A stretch of DNA of 58,723 nucleotides, filler included, from Nitrospinota bacterium (lineage in GTDB: Bacteria; JADFOP01): NCBI GenBank assembly GCA_022562795.1. It is 6 parts of 6 records of this genome, joined end to end, with 100 filler letters (N's around TTAATTAATTAA, not from the genome) between each part and the next. Parts side by side here need not be neighbours in the genome. Positions count along the whole stretch, not along the records: positions 1 to 19,700 come from JADFOP010000041.1; 5 more parts are not named here. One strand, given 5' to 3'. Of this stretch, positions 8,827 through 17,807 are shown in pieces. The position numbers and the translations under genes were made by a program. Within the stretch, counting starts at the first letter, position 1; every line of letters starts with the position of its first letter. The notes beneath the pieces were generated by a model. That model saw only the letters and a program-made list of their open reading frames with translations, did not search any database and was not told the origin of the DNA.

Positions 8827-9510
8827 GTGGATAGAACCCATGTTCCTGAATACTCCAGTCGGGATCTTGATGGGAGGTGTGGCGTGTTAACAAAGGAATT
8901 CATGACGACCAATGTAATTACCGTCTCACCCACGACTACCGTAGAAGAATCTTACGGTTACATGAAAGAATACCGTATCCGGCACCTCCCCGTGGTCGAC
9001 CGGCATGGAGACCTGGTGGGAATCGTGAGCGACCGTGACGTCCGGCAGGCGCTCGTTACTCCGTCTTCGGATAATCAGGCCTCCAGCGAGGTGACCGTGG
9101 GCGAGATTATGACCGAGAACGTCTTCACCGTCACTCCCCACACCGACATCGCAGAGGCGACCAGCCTCATCTATTTCCAAAAAATCGGCGGTCTGCCGGT
9201 TGTCGATGACGAAGGCAGGCTGGTCGGCATAATCACGGCGATAGACCTCCTCGGCCTTCTGATCAAGATGGTGAACATGATCGGTATCTCGGTCCGCATC
9301 GACGCGATCCCCGGCGAAGACCCCAAAGGCTTTTCGAAGGTCTCAAGGATTATGGCTGAACACGGCGGGGACATCATCTCCGTCTGGATGGACGGGGCCG
9401 AGGATGAGAAGGCCGAGAGGGTCTACAACTTCCGATTGGCGGCCTGCGATACCGGCCCCATAACTTCGGCTCTCGAGAAAGCGGGCTACACCGTGGTCGC
9501 CTGCGGTTAG
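8827..9510 (+). CDS. CBS-pair + ACT domain protein (AcuB-like)
   Basis: IRHLPVVD...LVGIVSDRD and IGGLPVVD...LVGIITAID, followed by a C-terminal ACT-like domain. True start may be near 8886. Confidence 0.88.
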   Translation: MDRTHVPEYSSRDLDGRCGVLTKEFMTTNVITVSPTTTVEESYGYMKEYRIRHLPVVDRHGDLVGIVSDRDVRQALVTPSSDNQASSEVTVGEIMTENVFTVTPHTDIAEATSLIYFQKIGGLPVVDDEGRLVGIITAIDLLGLLIKMVNMIGISVRIDAIPGEDPKGFSKVSRIMAEHGGDIISVWMDGAEDEKAERVYNFRLAACDTGPITSALEKAGYTVVACG

Positions 9511-9895
9511 GCCCCCAGCCGCCTCCCCACACTAAGCAGCGTCCAAAGACTTGAACTCCACACCTCCCGACGGGCGGTCTCGTCGCCATCCTCTAAGTAA
9601 AGCCGGATAGGACTCATTCCTGCGGCCTGCGCCTAAAGGCCGAGGTTGCCTGACGCTCTTTTATTAGAAGGGGCGGAAGAACGAACTGTACCAGGGACCG
9701 TTGAGGAAGGTAAAGCTCAAGTAGGTTGTCCAGAGGGCGAAGCTCACCTCCTTGAACGAAACGTGAGTTTTGCCCCAGAGGTAGCCTCTATTGACAGATT
9801 GACGGAATTTTTGGGTACTCATTATACAACTCCTAATTTCATCTTACGGCGCCTTTTCCTTTTGACAGGTGGCGTAGATCTCCCAGAAGGTCTCA

Positions 9896-10690
9896 TCAAT
9901 ATACACCCGGGATGAGCCGGCGCGTTTGGACCATGTAGGTCTCGTATTCGGGAAACGCGTTTTTCAAGACGGTCTCTTCGTTCTGCATGCGCCGGATCTG
10001 GATGGCGACATGGAGGGCCAGCAACAAAACGGCTGGCAGCGAGAAAACCTGCACGCCGATACCCAGGACGGCGATCTCCTCGGCGAGATAGAGCGGATGG
10101 CGAACTATTGAGTAGACCCCGCGGGTCACAAGCCTCCGGGCTTCGGCCATGATGCTGAACGACCGGCCCAGTGTGCCGACCGCGATTATCGAGAAGGCGG
10201 TGCCGAGAGCGACCAGAATCGTACCGATGAGGGTCTGGAGCAACGAGGGTGGCGCCGCCGGGAACAGAATCAGGAGGAACATAAAAAAAGTTCCCACAAC
10301 GGCGGTGAGCCTCGGCATAATCCCCTTCGCCTTGCTCACCGGCTGTAAGCGAAACAGGAACAGTGCGATCATCAGCGACATGAACAGAATCTTTGAAAAC
10401 GACGAGATGACGATGGCATAGAATTGCACATCGGTGCCCGCAAGCTCAGGCCGGTTGAAAAATAGCCAGAGCCTTTTCGTCTCGGCCCTCACCAGCACGA
10501 AAAAAAGGACGGCCGGAACGACGCCGCTCACTAAATTGAAGAGGCGGTTGTAGCTGATTCTCTGGAACATGCTAAATTGACCCAACGCGAGCCTCCTACC
10601 TGGCCCGCCGGCCGAGACCTCCCCGGAGCTGCCGTCTTTCCGTAGGATCGAGGTGGCTAGCTCGCTCTTCATAATTTGCTTGAACTCCAT
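9896..10690 (-). CDS. Isoprenylcysteine carboxyl methyltransferase-family membrane protein
   Basis: LGRSFSIMAEARRLVTRGVYSIVRHPLY...EETVL...FPEY...RLIP. Confidence 0.88.
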   Translation of the reverse strand: MEFKQIMKSELATSILRKDGSSGEVSAGGPGRRLALGQFSMFQRISYNRLFNLVSGVVPAVLFFVLVRAETKRLWLFFNRPELAGTDVQFYAIVISSFSKILFMSLMIALFLFRLQPVSKAKGIMPRLTAVVGTFFMFLLILFPAAPPSLLQTLIGTILVALGTAFSIIAVGTLGRSFSIMAEARRLVTRGVYSIVRHPLYLAEEIAVLGIGVQVFSLPAVLLLALHVAIQIRRMQNEETVLKNAFPEYETYMVQTRRLIPGVY

Positions 10691-10704
10691 CTCTAGAGAA
10701 TATA

Positions 10705-10720
10705 AGCAATTGCTATGCCA
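10705..10720 (-). promoter_or_regulatory. sigma54 -24/-12 promoter
   Basis: Minus strand reads TGGCATAGCAATTGCT. Confidence 0.65.
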
Positions 10721-11022
10721 AGGCGTTCATACCTGGCCCCTTGATCCGTATAAGACATTAAGTTTGAGGCGCATACCAAGATTAAGCATGGGGGTGCGAT
10801 CGGCTAATTCGCTTCCAGGAGCCCTCCGGGATGTACCAAATGGTGTAAAAGCACCATAATTATGTTCAATTGCTCGACGGGTAAAAAAACTTTCTCTCCG
10901 ACAATGTATCGAGATTTAGGGCACTTTAGTTAAGGATTGACAATATAGCGGATTCGGGTGCAGCGTCGAGCGGAGGGCCGGTCGCTTAAGGGGCAGAGGG
11001 TTAGAGCGTCCCTCCTTTCCCC

Positions 11023-11841
11023 CTACTCCTGCCTCGCCCACCACCATGCGACTTTGCCGATGATGGTGTTCTCCTCCTCGGGCCGAATCAGCAGCGGCGG
11101 GTATTCCTTGTTGTAGGAGATGAGGAACCAGTTATCGCCGGAGCGCTGAAGCTCTTTGACCGCGACACCCCCTTCATGGCGGGCCGCCACCAGTTTCTTG
11201 TTGAGCCCCCTAAGGCTACGGCTTCTAAGGTGGACGGCAACGATGGAGCCCTCGGGCAACGCAGGCTCCATGCTGTCCCCGCTAAGGCGCACGCAGACGT
11301 AATCCTCCGGCCTCTTGCACCATGACTTGTAGATGAGGCAGTAGCCCTCAATGTCGTGGTCGGATATGGAGCGTGGGTCCTCAGCCACCGCATGCCCGGC
11401 AACCAGGGCCACGGGCACGAAGGCCTCCCAGCGCTCAAGCTCATTTAGCTTATGGCGGGAAATGACCTTGAGGTCCGGCACAGGCCGTGACGTTAGAAGC
11501 AGATGGGCCCGGATCTCATCAGGGATGGCATCGTATAACTTTGATTTGAGGACGATTCGCTCGAATTCTTCTTGTTCATCTTTGGCAAGGTGAGTGGTTA
11601 TTTCAAGCGCCCGCCCTAAAGCGTCCAGGTCTCGCTTGAGGCCCTTTCCCGTCAAGAGCCATTCTTCGCTCACATTAAAAACCTTTTGAATGGCCAGCAA
11701 TATCGACTCAGAAGGCCGCTTCTTCCCCCGCTCAATGGAAGATAGGTAGCCCTGCTTGATAAAAATTTTCTTAGCGAACTCTTTTTGCGTAAGTCCCCAG
11801 TCCTTTCTTATCTCTTTGATTTTGCTACCAATATCTTCCAT
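11023..11841 (-). CDS. CI-like phage repressor (XRE HTH + S24 peptidase)
   Basis: IKEIRKDWGLTQKEFA...YLSSIERG HTH. GDSMEP Ser and AVKEL Lys catalytic dyad. IIGKV end motif. Confidence 0.92.
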   Translation of the reverse strand: MEDIGSKIKEIRKDWGLTQKEFAKKIFIKQGYLSSIERGKKRPSESILLAIQKVFNVSEEWLLTGKGLKRDLDALGRALEITTHLAKDEQEEFERIVLKSKLYDAIPDEIRAHLLLTSRPVPDLKVISRHKLNELERWEAFVPVALVAGHAVAEDPRSISDHDIEGYCLIYKSWCKRPEDYVCVRLSGDSMEPALPEGSIVAVHLRSRSLRGLNKKLVAARHEGGVAVKELQRSGDNWFLISYNKEYPPLLIRPEEENTIIGKVAWWWARQE

Positions 11842-11851
11842 ATAACTAATT

Positions 11852-11902
11852 TATATCTCAGATATATTTTGCTTGACAAACATATCTGAGATATATTATC
11901 CT
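11852..11902. promoter_or_regulatory. Twin palindromic operators and divergent promoters
   Basis: TATATCTCAGATATA (11852-11866) and ATATCTGAGATAT (11882-11894) flank TTGACA (11873-11878). Minus strand has TTGTCA-18-TATAAA. Confidence 0.8.
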
Positions 11903-12130
11903 TATCTTCAACAGGTAATGCCTCTTATCCGACTACTTTGGAGCGAGGGTATCCCCCGCTGATGCTAAAGTCAAGTTTTCCTATTAATCAGGAAGTATGT
12001 AAAGGTTGGGTGCGCCCGAGCGCCGGACGTCTCCCCACTCCCACTTATAAGGAGCAATACCAGCCCATGTCATCTCAGTCCATTAAAGCTTTTGGAAAAT
12101 TTTTTAAAACACTGGAAGGAGGGCTTTGAA

Positions 12131-12577
12131 ATGCACTCTTTAAAGAAGGTCCTCTACGAAACGGTCCACCGCCGGACGGGCAAGACCGTCGAAGCACTGG
12201 CCGACGAGCTGGGTATCAGCCCGAATTACCTTTACCGATCATGCCTCCCCGCAGATGAGAACGGGAGCGGTTGTCGCTTTCCCCTGGAGCTACTCATCCC
12301 TTTGATGAACGCCACGGCCGACCATAGCGTTCTGAAGCACCTGGCCCACAGGACCGGCCATGTCGTCTACCGAATTCCCCGTCGCCACCGGAGAACGTCC
12401 ACCGAGCTCAACGAACACCAAAAGACCCTGGCGGAGTACTTCGGGTCGCTGCTGAGGTTCTTCGACGGGGAGCTCGGCATGGACGAATGCCTCGAGCACG
12501 TCCACCGGGTGCTGGAGGAGGTAGCGGGCTTCAAGAAGAGCGTCAAGGAAGTCCGACAGGAAATCCTCAATATTTAA
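12131..12577 (+). CDS. Phage regulatory CII-family protein
   Basis: KTVEALADELGISPNYLYR...FPLELLIPLMNATADHSVLKHLA. GGAGG RBS before ATG 12131. Confidence 0.72.
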   Translation: MHSLKKVLYETVHRRTGKTVEALADELGISPNYLYRSCLPADENGSGCRFPLELLIPLMNATADHSVLKHLAHRTGHVVYRIPRRHRRTSTELNEHQKTLAEYFGSLLRFFDGELGMDECLEHVHRVLEEVAGFKKSVKEVRQEILNI

Positions 12578-12675
12578 CAAGGCCTGTGGACTGATTGAAG
12601 ACAGCCCGCCGGCTGGAAGGATCGGTCGTAAGTTTGACTCTTTAGCCGCCCCATGCGGCGGCGTAAGGAAAAACA

Positions 12676-12903
12676 TTGGCCCGGCGTTCCCGCCATAGGA
12701 TAGGTGCCCAAAGAACCCCCATGGTGTCCTCCTACCTCCCCCCCCACCCGGCGCCGGGCCAGTATATCCTGCCGGACCGAGCTTATATCCAGGAGGAACT
12801 TTGCCCCGAGGTGTGGGTGTCTAATAGAGTACCCGCCGTGATCTGGTACGACATTGCTTATCCCGTGCGAGAGGAGCTCCCCCGGTGCCAAGGCCTGCTG
12901 TGA
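12676..12903 (+). CDS. Hypothetical phage protein
   Basis: Short ORF within the operon, overlapping the next gene. Start uncertain. Confidence 0.35.
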   Translation: MARRSRHRIGAQRTPMVSSYLPPHPAPGQYILPDRAYIQEELCPEVWVSNRVPAVIWYDIAYPVREELPRCQGLL

Positions 12904-13469
12904 GCGATGAGGCGATCCTTGAGGTCATGCGCCTGGTCGCAAAGGAGCAAGGCGGCGCGCAGACATTGAGGGAGTGGGAGCGCCTTCGCCCGGTTGTGGC
13001 CCATGGCGGCCGCGCCCTCCGGCTCAGCGCATCGCTCATCCGCTCCCGCTTCGGAAGCTGGCCCGATGCCTGGGCGAGAGCGGGACTTGAGCCCGCAAGG
13101 CTCTCCAGGGGCGCCTACAGCGACGCATATCTGTGCGAGGCCCTGGAGAGGTTGGCGGCTCGGCTGGGCAGCTCGCCAACCGCACTAGAGATTCAGCGAG
13201 ACCCCGACACGCCCGACCCGCAGACCTACCGAGGCGCCTTCGGCTCACTCGCCTCGGCCTACGAGGAGGCGGGCCTCCCGCCGCCGTCCGGGCCGAGAGA
13301 GGCGCTCTCAAGGCCGGCCCTTACGGTGAGGAAGTGCCTCAGGTGCGAGCGGCCGTTTTCTTCCGAAGGGCCCCACAACCGCTTGTGCGAGGCCTGCCGG
13401 GAGGCCAATGCTGAGATGCTCGATCCGCAGGCGGCATTGGGGCGCGGCTTGAGCCTCAGGAGCCTGTAG
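12885..13469 (+). CDS. Homing-endonuclease-associated repeat protein with C-terminal C4 Zn ribbon
   Basis: Two repeats ending RFGSWPDAWARAGL and AFGSLASAYEEAGL, then CLRCERPFSSEGPHNRLCEAC. Confidence 0.75.
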   Translation: MPRPAVSDEAILEVMRLVAKEQGGAQTLREWERLRPVVAHGGRALRLSASLIRSRFGSWPDAWARAGLEPARLSRGAYSDAYLCEALERLAARLGSSPTALEIQRDPDTPDPQTYRGAFGSLASAYEEAGLPPPSGPREALSRPALTVRKCLRCERPFSSEGPHNRLCEACREANAEMLDPQAALGRGLSLRSL

Positions 13470-13471
13470 CC

Positions 13472-13807
13472 ATGTACGAGCCACGAGGCGAGCAGCTCAT
13501 CAACTGCCCCTTTTGTGAGAACGACCCCCGCGAACCCGACCACTACGTCGTGGGCAAGCTCCTGATGGAGCGGCCCGATGGAATCGTCGTGCAGCTTGCC
13601 ATGACGTGCGTCCACGCCCTGCCTGCCGAGCGACACGACCGGTGGGAGCCCTGGACGTTTTTCCTGGTTGAGAACCTCATGCAAAAGGGTGGGACGCAAG
13701 AGGGAGGCGAGCGCGAACGAGCTATCCCCATCGCTAAGGAGGATGAGGCGTGGGCCGAGAAGCTGCTTAAGCGGCTCGAGGAAGGGGTAGACGATGAAGC
13801 GGCCTGA
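13472..13807 (+). CDS. Hypothetical phage protein (CxxC)
   Basis: Tightly coupled ORF with AGGAG upstream and INCPFC. Confidence 0.6.
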   Translation: MYEPRGEQLINCPFCENDPREPDHYVVGKLLMERPDGIVVQLAMTCVHALPAERHDRWEPWTFFLVENLMQKGGTQEGGERERAIPIAKEDEAWAEKLLKRLEEGVDDEAA

Positions 13808-14042
13808 GCTCCGAGCAGGCGCCGCAACCCCGCCCCAGGCGGGTGGCGAGCGACTCTGCAACCCCCAAGGGGGCTTGCTCCGCCTGCTGCGCCGCCTAGA
13901 GAGGCTGGAGGGGAGGCTCCACGGGCTGGTGAATGACGCCTACGACCTGACCCGGTTCGTTGCCTCCATCCGCCAGAGCCTTACGCCGGGCTGTCTGCCG
14001 GGCCCCACTGTCCAGGGTGAGGAGGAGAAGGGGCCAAAATAA
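13794..14042 (+). CDS. Hypothetical phage protein
   Basis: Overlapping ORF within the operon. Confidence 0.45.
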   Translation: MKRPELRAGAATPPQAGGERLCNPQGGLLRLLRRLERLEGRLHGLVNDAYDLTRFVASIRQSLTPGCLPGPTVQGEEEKGPK

Positions 14043-14093
14043 CTATTTGGTAGGCGGAGTTGCATCGTGCCCGGAGATCGTGGAGGGGGGCCG

Positions 14094-14288
14094 ATGACGC
14101 AGTTTTTGGAAAAGTCCCTGCTCACCACGGTTGAGGTGGCCGACATCCTCGATTGCACACCCAGCAACGTCCGCAAGCTCTGGAACATGGGTAAGCTCAA
14201 GGGCGAGAAGCTCGGCCACCGCACGCTTCGCATCTATAGGGAATCGGTCCTGGAGCGCCTCGCCGAGCTCGCAGAAGAGGCCGATTAA
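14094..14288 (+). CDS. Excisionase-like HTH_17 DNA-binding protein
   Basis: LLTTVEVADILDCTPSNVRKLWNMGKLKGEKLGHRTLRIYRESV. GGAGG RBS. Confidence 0.85.
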   Translation: MTQFLEKSLLTTVEVADILDCTPSNVRKLWNMGKLKGEKLGHRTLRIYRESVLERLAELAEEAD

Positions 14289-14490
14289 ATCCATCTCCTT
14301 GACGCGCTGGTCGCGCGTCCTCTAAAGACCCTTCTCACAAATCCATATAGGGACAGCCAGTGCCTTATAAAGGCGCTGCAATCCCCACTGAGGCGGGGCT
14401 GGCGACCCCGACTACCCGAAAGTTGGCGGTAGTTCTCTCACACTTTGACTGATTCCGCACCGCTCGATCCAGAATAAATCCGCTCCAAGC

Positions 14491-14560
14491 AAAAAAAATC
14501 GCCCTCCATTCGGGAAGTAGTGGAAGTACGAGAAGTACGTGACGACAAGCCCACCTGATT
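14491..14560 (+). promoter_or_regulatory. Putative late promoter region with 9-bp direct repeats
   Basis: A-tract followed by ggaagtagt/ggaagtacg/agaagtacg-tgacgac. Homologous copy at 23820-23870. Confidence 0.5.
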
Positions 14561-14644
14561 TTTGATACTCCTCTCTTAGCGAAAGGGATTCGGTCCACCA
14601 GATGTGAGGCGGGCTCATGCCACACCTCAAGCGGAGGAGGAGAG

Positions 14645-14944
14645 ATGACGTTCCATGATTTTTGCGATGCCATTTCTCAACTTATGTGTGCGTGTGGTGG
14701 AAGGATTACCTCGTGGGGCCGCTCACCCTTCGGGAACGATGAGGTCGGGGGAGTGATAACAAGCTATCACACACTCATGATGGCCGTCGACTGGACGTGG
14801 AGCGAGGCTGAGCTGGCGGCGACGACTGTCTCCGATAAGGCCGGCCGCACCATGAGCGGCAGGCAGCGCATGATGGTCCTGGCCCCCCGTCTCGGGCTCG
14901 AGGTCCTGGACGAAGGCTCCCACCTCCACCTGGAGCCCGCCTAA
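14645..14944 (+). CDS. Peptidase M15-family protein (putative endolysin)
   Basis: ITSWGRS...NDEVGG..TSYH....AVD and HLHLE Zn motifs. First gene of the late operon, strong RBS. Confidence 0.75.
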   Translation: MTFHDFCDAISQLMCACGGRITSWGRSPFGNDEVGGVITSYHTLMMAVDWTWSEAELAATTVSDKAGRTMSGRQRMMVLAPRLGLEVLDEGSHLHLEPA

Positions 14945-14967
14945 GGCGGGTTAGGGAAGAATAAGCC

Positions 14968-15417
14968 GTGTTCAGTGCTTTCCGGCGGGCCCAGGCCCCC
15001 TTTGGGGGGCCGCTTGCGGCTGTAAGCGCGATCCTCGCTGTCGCGGTTCTATCCGCTGGCCCGCAGCGTGCCGGGGGCACTTCACTGCCTGCCTTGGCAG
15101 TGAAGGTGACGACATATCCAGGGTCGGACTGGAAAACAGCACAGGGCGGCGTCGAGGAAATAAACGCCTATTGCAGCGAGGCGCTCGGCAATCCCGGCGA
15201 GGGCGCTAAATGGCTTGGGTGCATACTGCCTGAGAGAAAAGTGATCGCCTCATCCGATTGGGAAAACTGCCTCCACGAGGCCGTCCACGCAGCCGACGAG
15301 GAGTGGGGGAACACACCTGGCCACAGGCTGCTTTTTCGACCCCTGCCAGGGCAGCCGACTCCGCCTGAGGCGGGCTTGCGACGGGGGCTTGCCCCGCAGC
15401 TTACTGCTCCGCCTTAG
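14968..15417 (+). CDS. Hypothetical exported protein with HEXXH motif
   Basis: Hydrophobic N-terminal segment and CLHEAVHAAD. Confidence 0.5.
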   Translation: MFSAFRRAQAPFGGPLAAVSAILAVAVLSAGPQRAGGTSLPALAVKVTTYPGSDWKTAQGGVEEINAYCSEALGNPGEGAKWLGCILPERKVIASSDWENCLHEAVHAADEEWGNTPGHRLLFRPLPGQPTPPEAGLRRGLAPQLTAPP

Positions 15418-15439
15418 GCGGAGAGAAGGAGGAGCCACC

Positions 15440-16204
15440 ATGGCTTACACACCGCAGACCGGAGGATTTTTCTCTTACCTCACCCCGGAGGGCGACCCCG
15501 GAGCGGGGCACATCTACCTGGGCGAGGCGCTGCCGAAGATTAGACAGGTCGGCGACGGCGTGGCCGACATAATCTTGGCGACCGGGCTCGTCCCCGCCTA
15601 CCGCGAGGTCTACAACAAGGGCTTCGTCAACGTGACCAGCAGGAAGATTCGAAGGTGGACCGCTGATTTCCTCACTGACAAACAGCTCCACGCGCCCACG
15701 GTAGGCAAGCCTACGTTTGCGACCGCCTACGAAGCGGTCGAGGCCTTGCTGCTTGGCGGCTGGGGCCACTCGGTCGAGTTCGCCCGCCATCACCTGGAGC
15801 TCACCTCCAAATGGGACCTGGAGCAGATCGCTGGCGAGCAGCAAGCTGCCTTGGCAGGGAAAAGCGACCTGATCCCGGCCATCAAGGAGGCCTGCCTCTA
15901 CATTGCTCAGTGCATCGTCGAGAGCTACACAATCGACGGCTGGCTCGACGACGGCAGCCCCGACCTCCCCTGGCTGCCGAGCAATTTCCAGAACGAGGAC
16001 GGCGCGACGACGGAGATGGTGCGGGCCGACGACTTCATTGACCCGGAGATGTACGACGACGGCTGGCGGTACACTTGGGCTCCAGTAAACCGAGCGGGTC
16101 TCGTTATGTGGCTCTGGCTGAACCAGAGGATCGTCCTGCACATCGTTGGGCAGATGAACCTGGTCGACTCCAGCCGCTCCCACGTCGCGGGCACAGGAGG
16201 ATAA
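15440..16204 (+). CDS. Hypothetical phage protein
   Basis: AGGAGGAG RBS before ATG 15440. About 254 aa, no family recognised. Confidence 0.7.
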   Translation: MAYTPQTGGFFSYLTPEGDPGAGHIYLGEALPKIRQVGDGVADIILATGLVPAYREVYNKGFVNVTSRKIRRWTADFLTDKQLHAPTVGKPTFATAYEAVEALLLGGWGHSVEFARHHLELTSKWDLEQIAGEQQAALAGKSDLIPAIKEACLYIAQCIVESYTIDGWLDDGSPDLPWLPSNFQNEDGATTEMVRADDFIDPEMYDDGWRYTWAPVNRAGLVMWLWLNQRIVLHIVGQMNLVDSSRSHVAGTGG

Positions 16205-16209
16205 GGCGA

Positions 16210-16476
16210 ATGGCCAAGCAGACTAAAGCGACACCGGGCCCTCAAGAGGGCTTGCCCTCCCCGCAGCAGGCTGCCTTGGCAGGGGACGCCGGCTGGAGGA
16301 AGACGGCGGTCGTCCTGGCAGGCATCCTCGCGCTCTGCTACGCCGTCCATCCGTCCATTGCGGCGGTTTCCGCTTCTGAGTTCTACTACGGCGTCCTGCT
16401 GCTCTCGGGCGGCTACGCAGGCCTCAACGTTATGCAGCACCGGTGGTTCGCCTCGGCGCGACCGGGCCAAAAGTGA
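16210..16476 (+). CDS. Small two-TM membrane protein (holin-like)
   Basis: GWRKTAVVLAGILALCY and FYYGVLLLSGGYAGLNV segments. Located in the lysis region. Confidence 0.55.
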   Translation: MAKQTKATPGPQEGLPSPQQAALAGDAGWRKTAVVLAGILALCYAVHPSIAAVSASEFYYGVLLLSGGYAGLNVMQHRWFASARPGQK

Positions 16477-16808
16477 TGAGCCCGGACGTATTCCGGTGGG
16501 TCCTTACCGCCTTCCTCTCGCTCTTCAGCCTGCTTTGGGGCGCCATCGGGACGATTTTGTTGATCGAGCGCCAAAACATGCGGGAGAATTTTCAAGAAGT
16601 GAAGTCTCACATCAAGGATAACCACGCGGCCATCAGCACGCTGAGGGCGGGCATGGCCAGGGATTTCGTCCTCAGGACCGAATATCTGGGCAACGTGGGC
16701 AGGCTTGAAGCGAGGGTAGACGGCGTGAAGGAAGCCCTCGACAGACACCTTGGGTCCGCCGCCACAGGCGGACCCCCAAGGGGGCCTGCCCCAGAAGGGG
16801 GGCCGTGA
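16476..16808 (+). CDS. Membrane-anchored coiled-coil protein (Mu gp25-like position)
   Basis: TGATG overlap. N-terminal TM, then RDFVLRTEY...RLEARVD. Confidence 0.6.
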   Translation: MSPDVFRWVLTAFLSLFSLLWGAIGTILLIERQNMRENFQEVKSHIKDNHAAISTLRAGMARDFVLRTEYLGNVGRLEARVDGVKEALDRHLGSAATGGPPRGPAPEGGP

Positions 16809-17104
16809 TGGGCATAGCAGAAGAGCAAAACCGCCTGATACGTGGCCGGGTGCTGAAGCTGCTTAGGGCCGTCAACCTCAACCATATCGCGGCCGACGTG
16901 CTCGTGGCGACACTGGTCGGCTGCGGCCACAGGCTCACGATCCACTCACTTTTGGCCATCCTTCAATACCTGGTCGATAAGGGCTACGTGGAGGTACGCG
17001 AATCGAAGCTTGAGGGCGTGGGGACCGTGACCACGGCCCGGATCACCGCCCTCGGCATCGACCTGCTGGAGGCGAGCGTCGAGGACCCGGGGGTGGCTCT
17101 ATGA
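16805..17104 (+). CDS. Mu gp26-like winged-helix protein
   Basis: NRLIRGRVLKLL...LQYLVDKGYVE...ARITALGIDLLE...DPGV. Sits before the gp27-like gene. Confidence 0.72.
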   Translation: MMGIAEEQNRLIRGRVLKLLRAVNLNHIAADVLVATLVGCGHRLTIHSLLAILQYLVDKGYVEVRESKLEGVGTVTTARITALGIDLLEASVEDPGVAL

Positions 17105-17664
17105 CGGCCGGCGTTAGGCGGAGGCACTTCAAGGTTGAGAGTCTTCCCGCAGAGGCGAAGGAGTGGGTCGACGAGCAGCTCGTAAAGACCGTCGATAGGC
17201 TCACTTACGAGCAGATCGCGCGCCAGGTCGAGGACCGGTGGGGCGTTAAGCTCGGGGTGTCGTCGATCCACCGTTACCGCTACAGCTTCGAGCACCAGAA
17301 GGAGAAGATGACCTTCCTCTTGAGCCAGGCCGAGAAGATGAACGACACGCTCGAGGGGGCCGGCCTCGAGCTCTGCGAGACAGCCCAGGCAATGGTGGCT
17401 AGCGACATCACCAACATCCTGGCCGAGGGCGGCCACGGTCTCGCCACGCTTGAGAGGCTCGCGCGCACGGTGGCCATCATGGGCCGCGCCTCCGCCCAGC
17501 AGGCCGAGGCGAAGGTCAAGTACGGAAAGGCCTTCAAGGCCTTCGAGGAGAGAATCCTAAAGCGCCTCCAGGAAGAGGTTGCAGCCGATGAAGAGCTCTT
17601 GAGCCGGCTGGAGGCGGCGGTGGCCGATGAGGCGGATAAAGCGACCGAGGAGGTGGCGGCGTGA
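17101..17664 (+). CDS. Mu gp27-like (DUF3486) protein, probable small terminase
   Basis: RRHFKVESLPAEAKEWVDEQL...TYEQIA...VSSIHRY. Confidence 0.8.
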   Translation: MTAGVRRRHFKVESLPAEAKEWVDEQLVKTVDRLTYEQIARQVEDRWGVKLGVSSIHRYRYSFEHQKEKMTFLLSQAEKMNDTLEGAGLELCETAQAMVASDITNILAEGGHGLATLERLARTVAIMGRASAQQAEAKVKYGKAFKAFEERILKRLQEEVAADEELLSRLEAAVADEADKATEEVAA

Positions 17665-17807
17665 TGGAGGTGAAACCGGGTACTCATCCGCCCGAGGCGG
17701 ACTGAACCTGAGACCTTTGTCCGCCTTAGGCGGAGCGTCAGGATCGGGGGGTCGCAAGTCCGCCTCAGGCGGAGTCAGCCCGACTACCCAAAAGGAGAGG
17801 CGGTGGC

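Noticed and set aside
11938-12129. Possible Cro/Ner gene
   Set aside because: No HTH pattern, TTG start and no RBS.
17664-17807. ORF bridging gp27 and the terminase
   Set aside because: ATG 17664 stops after 13 codons; the region is a stack of palindromes and a REP.
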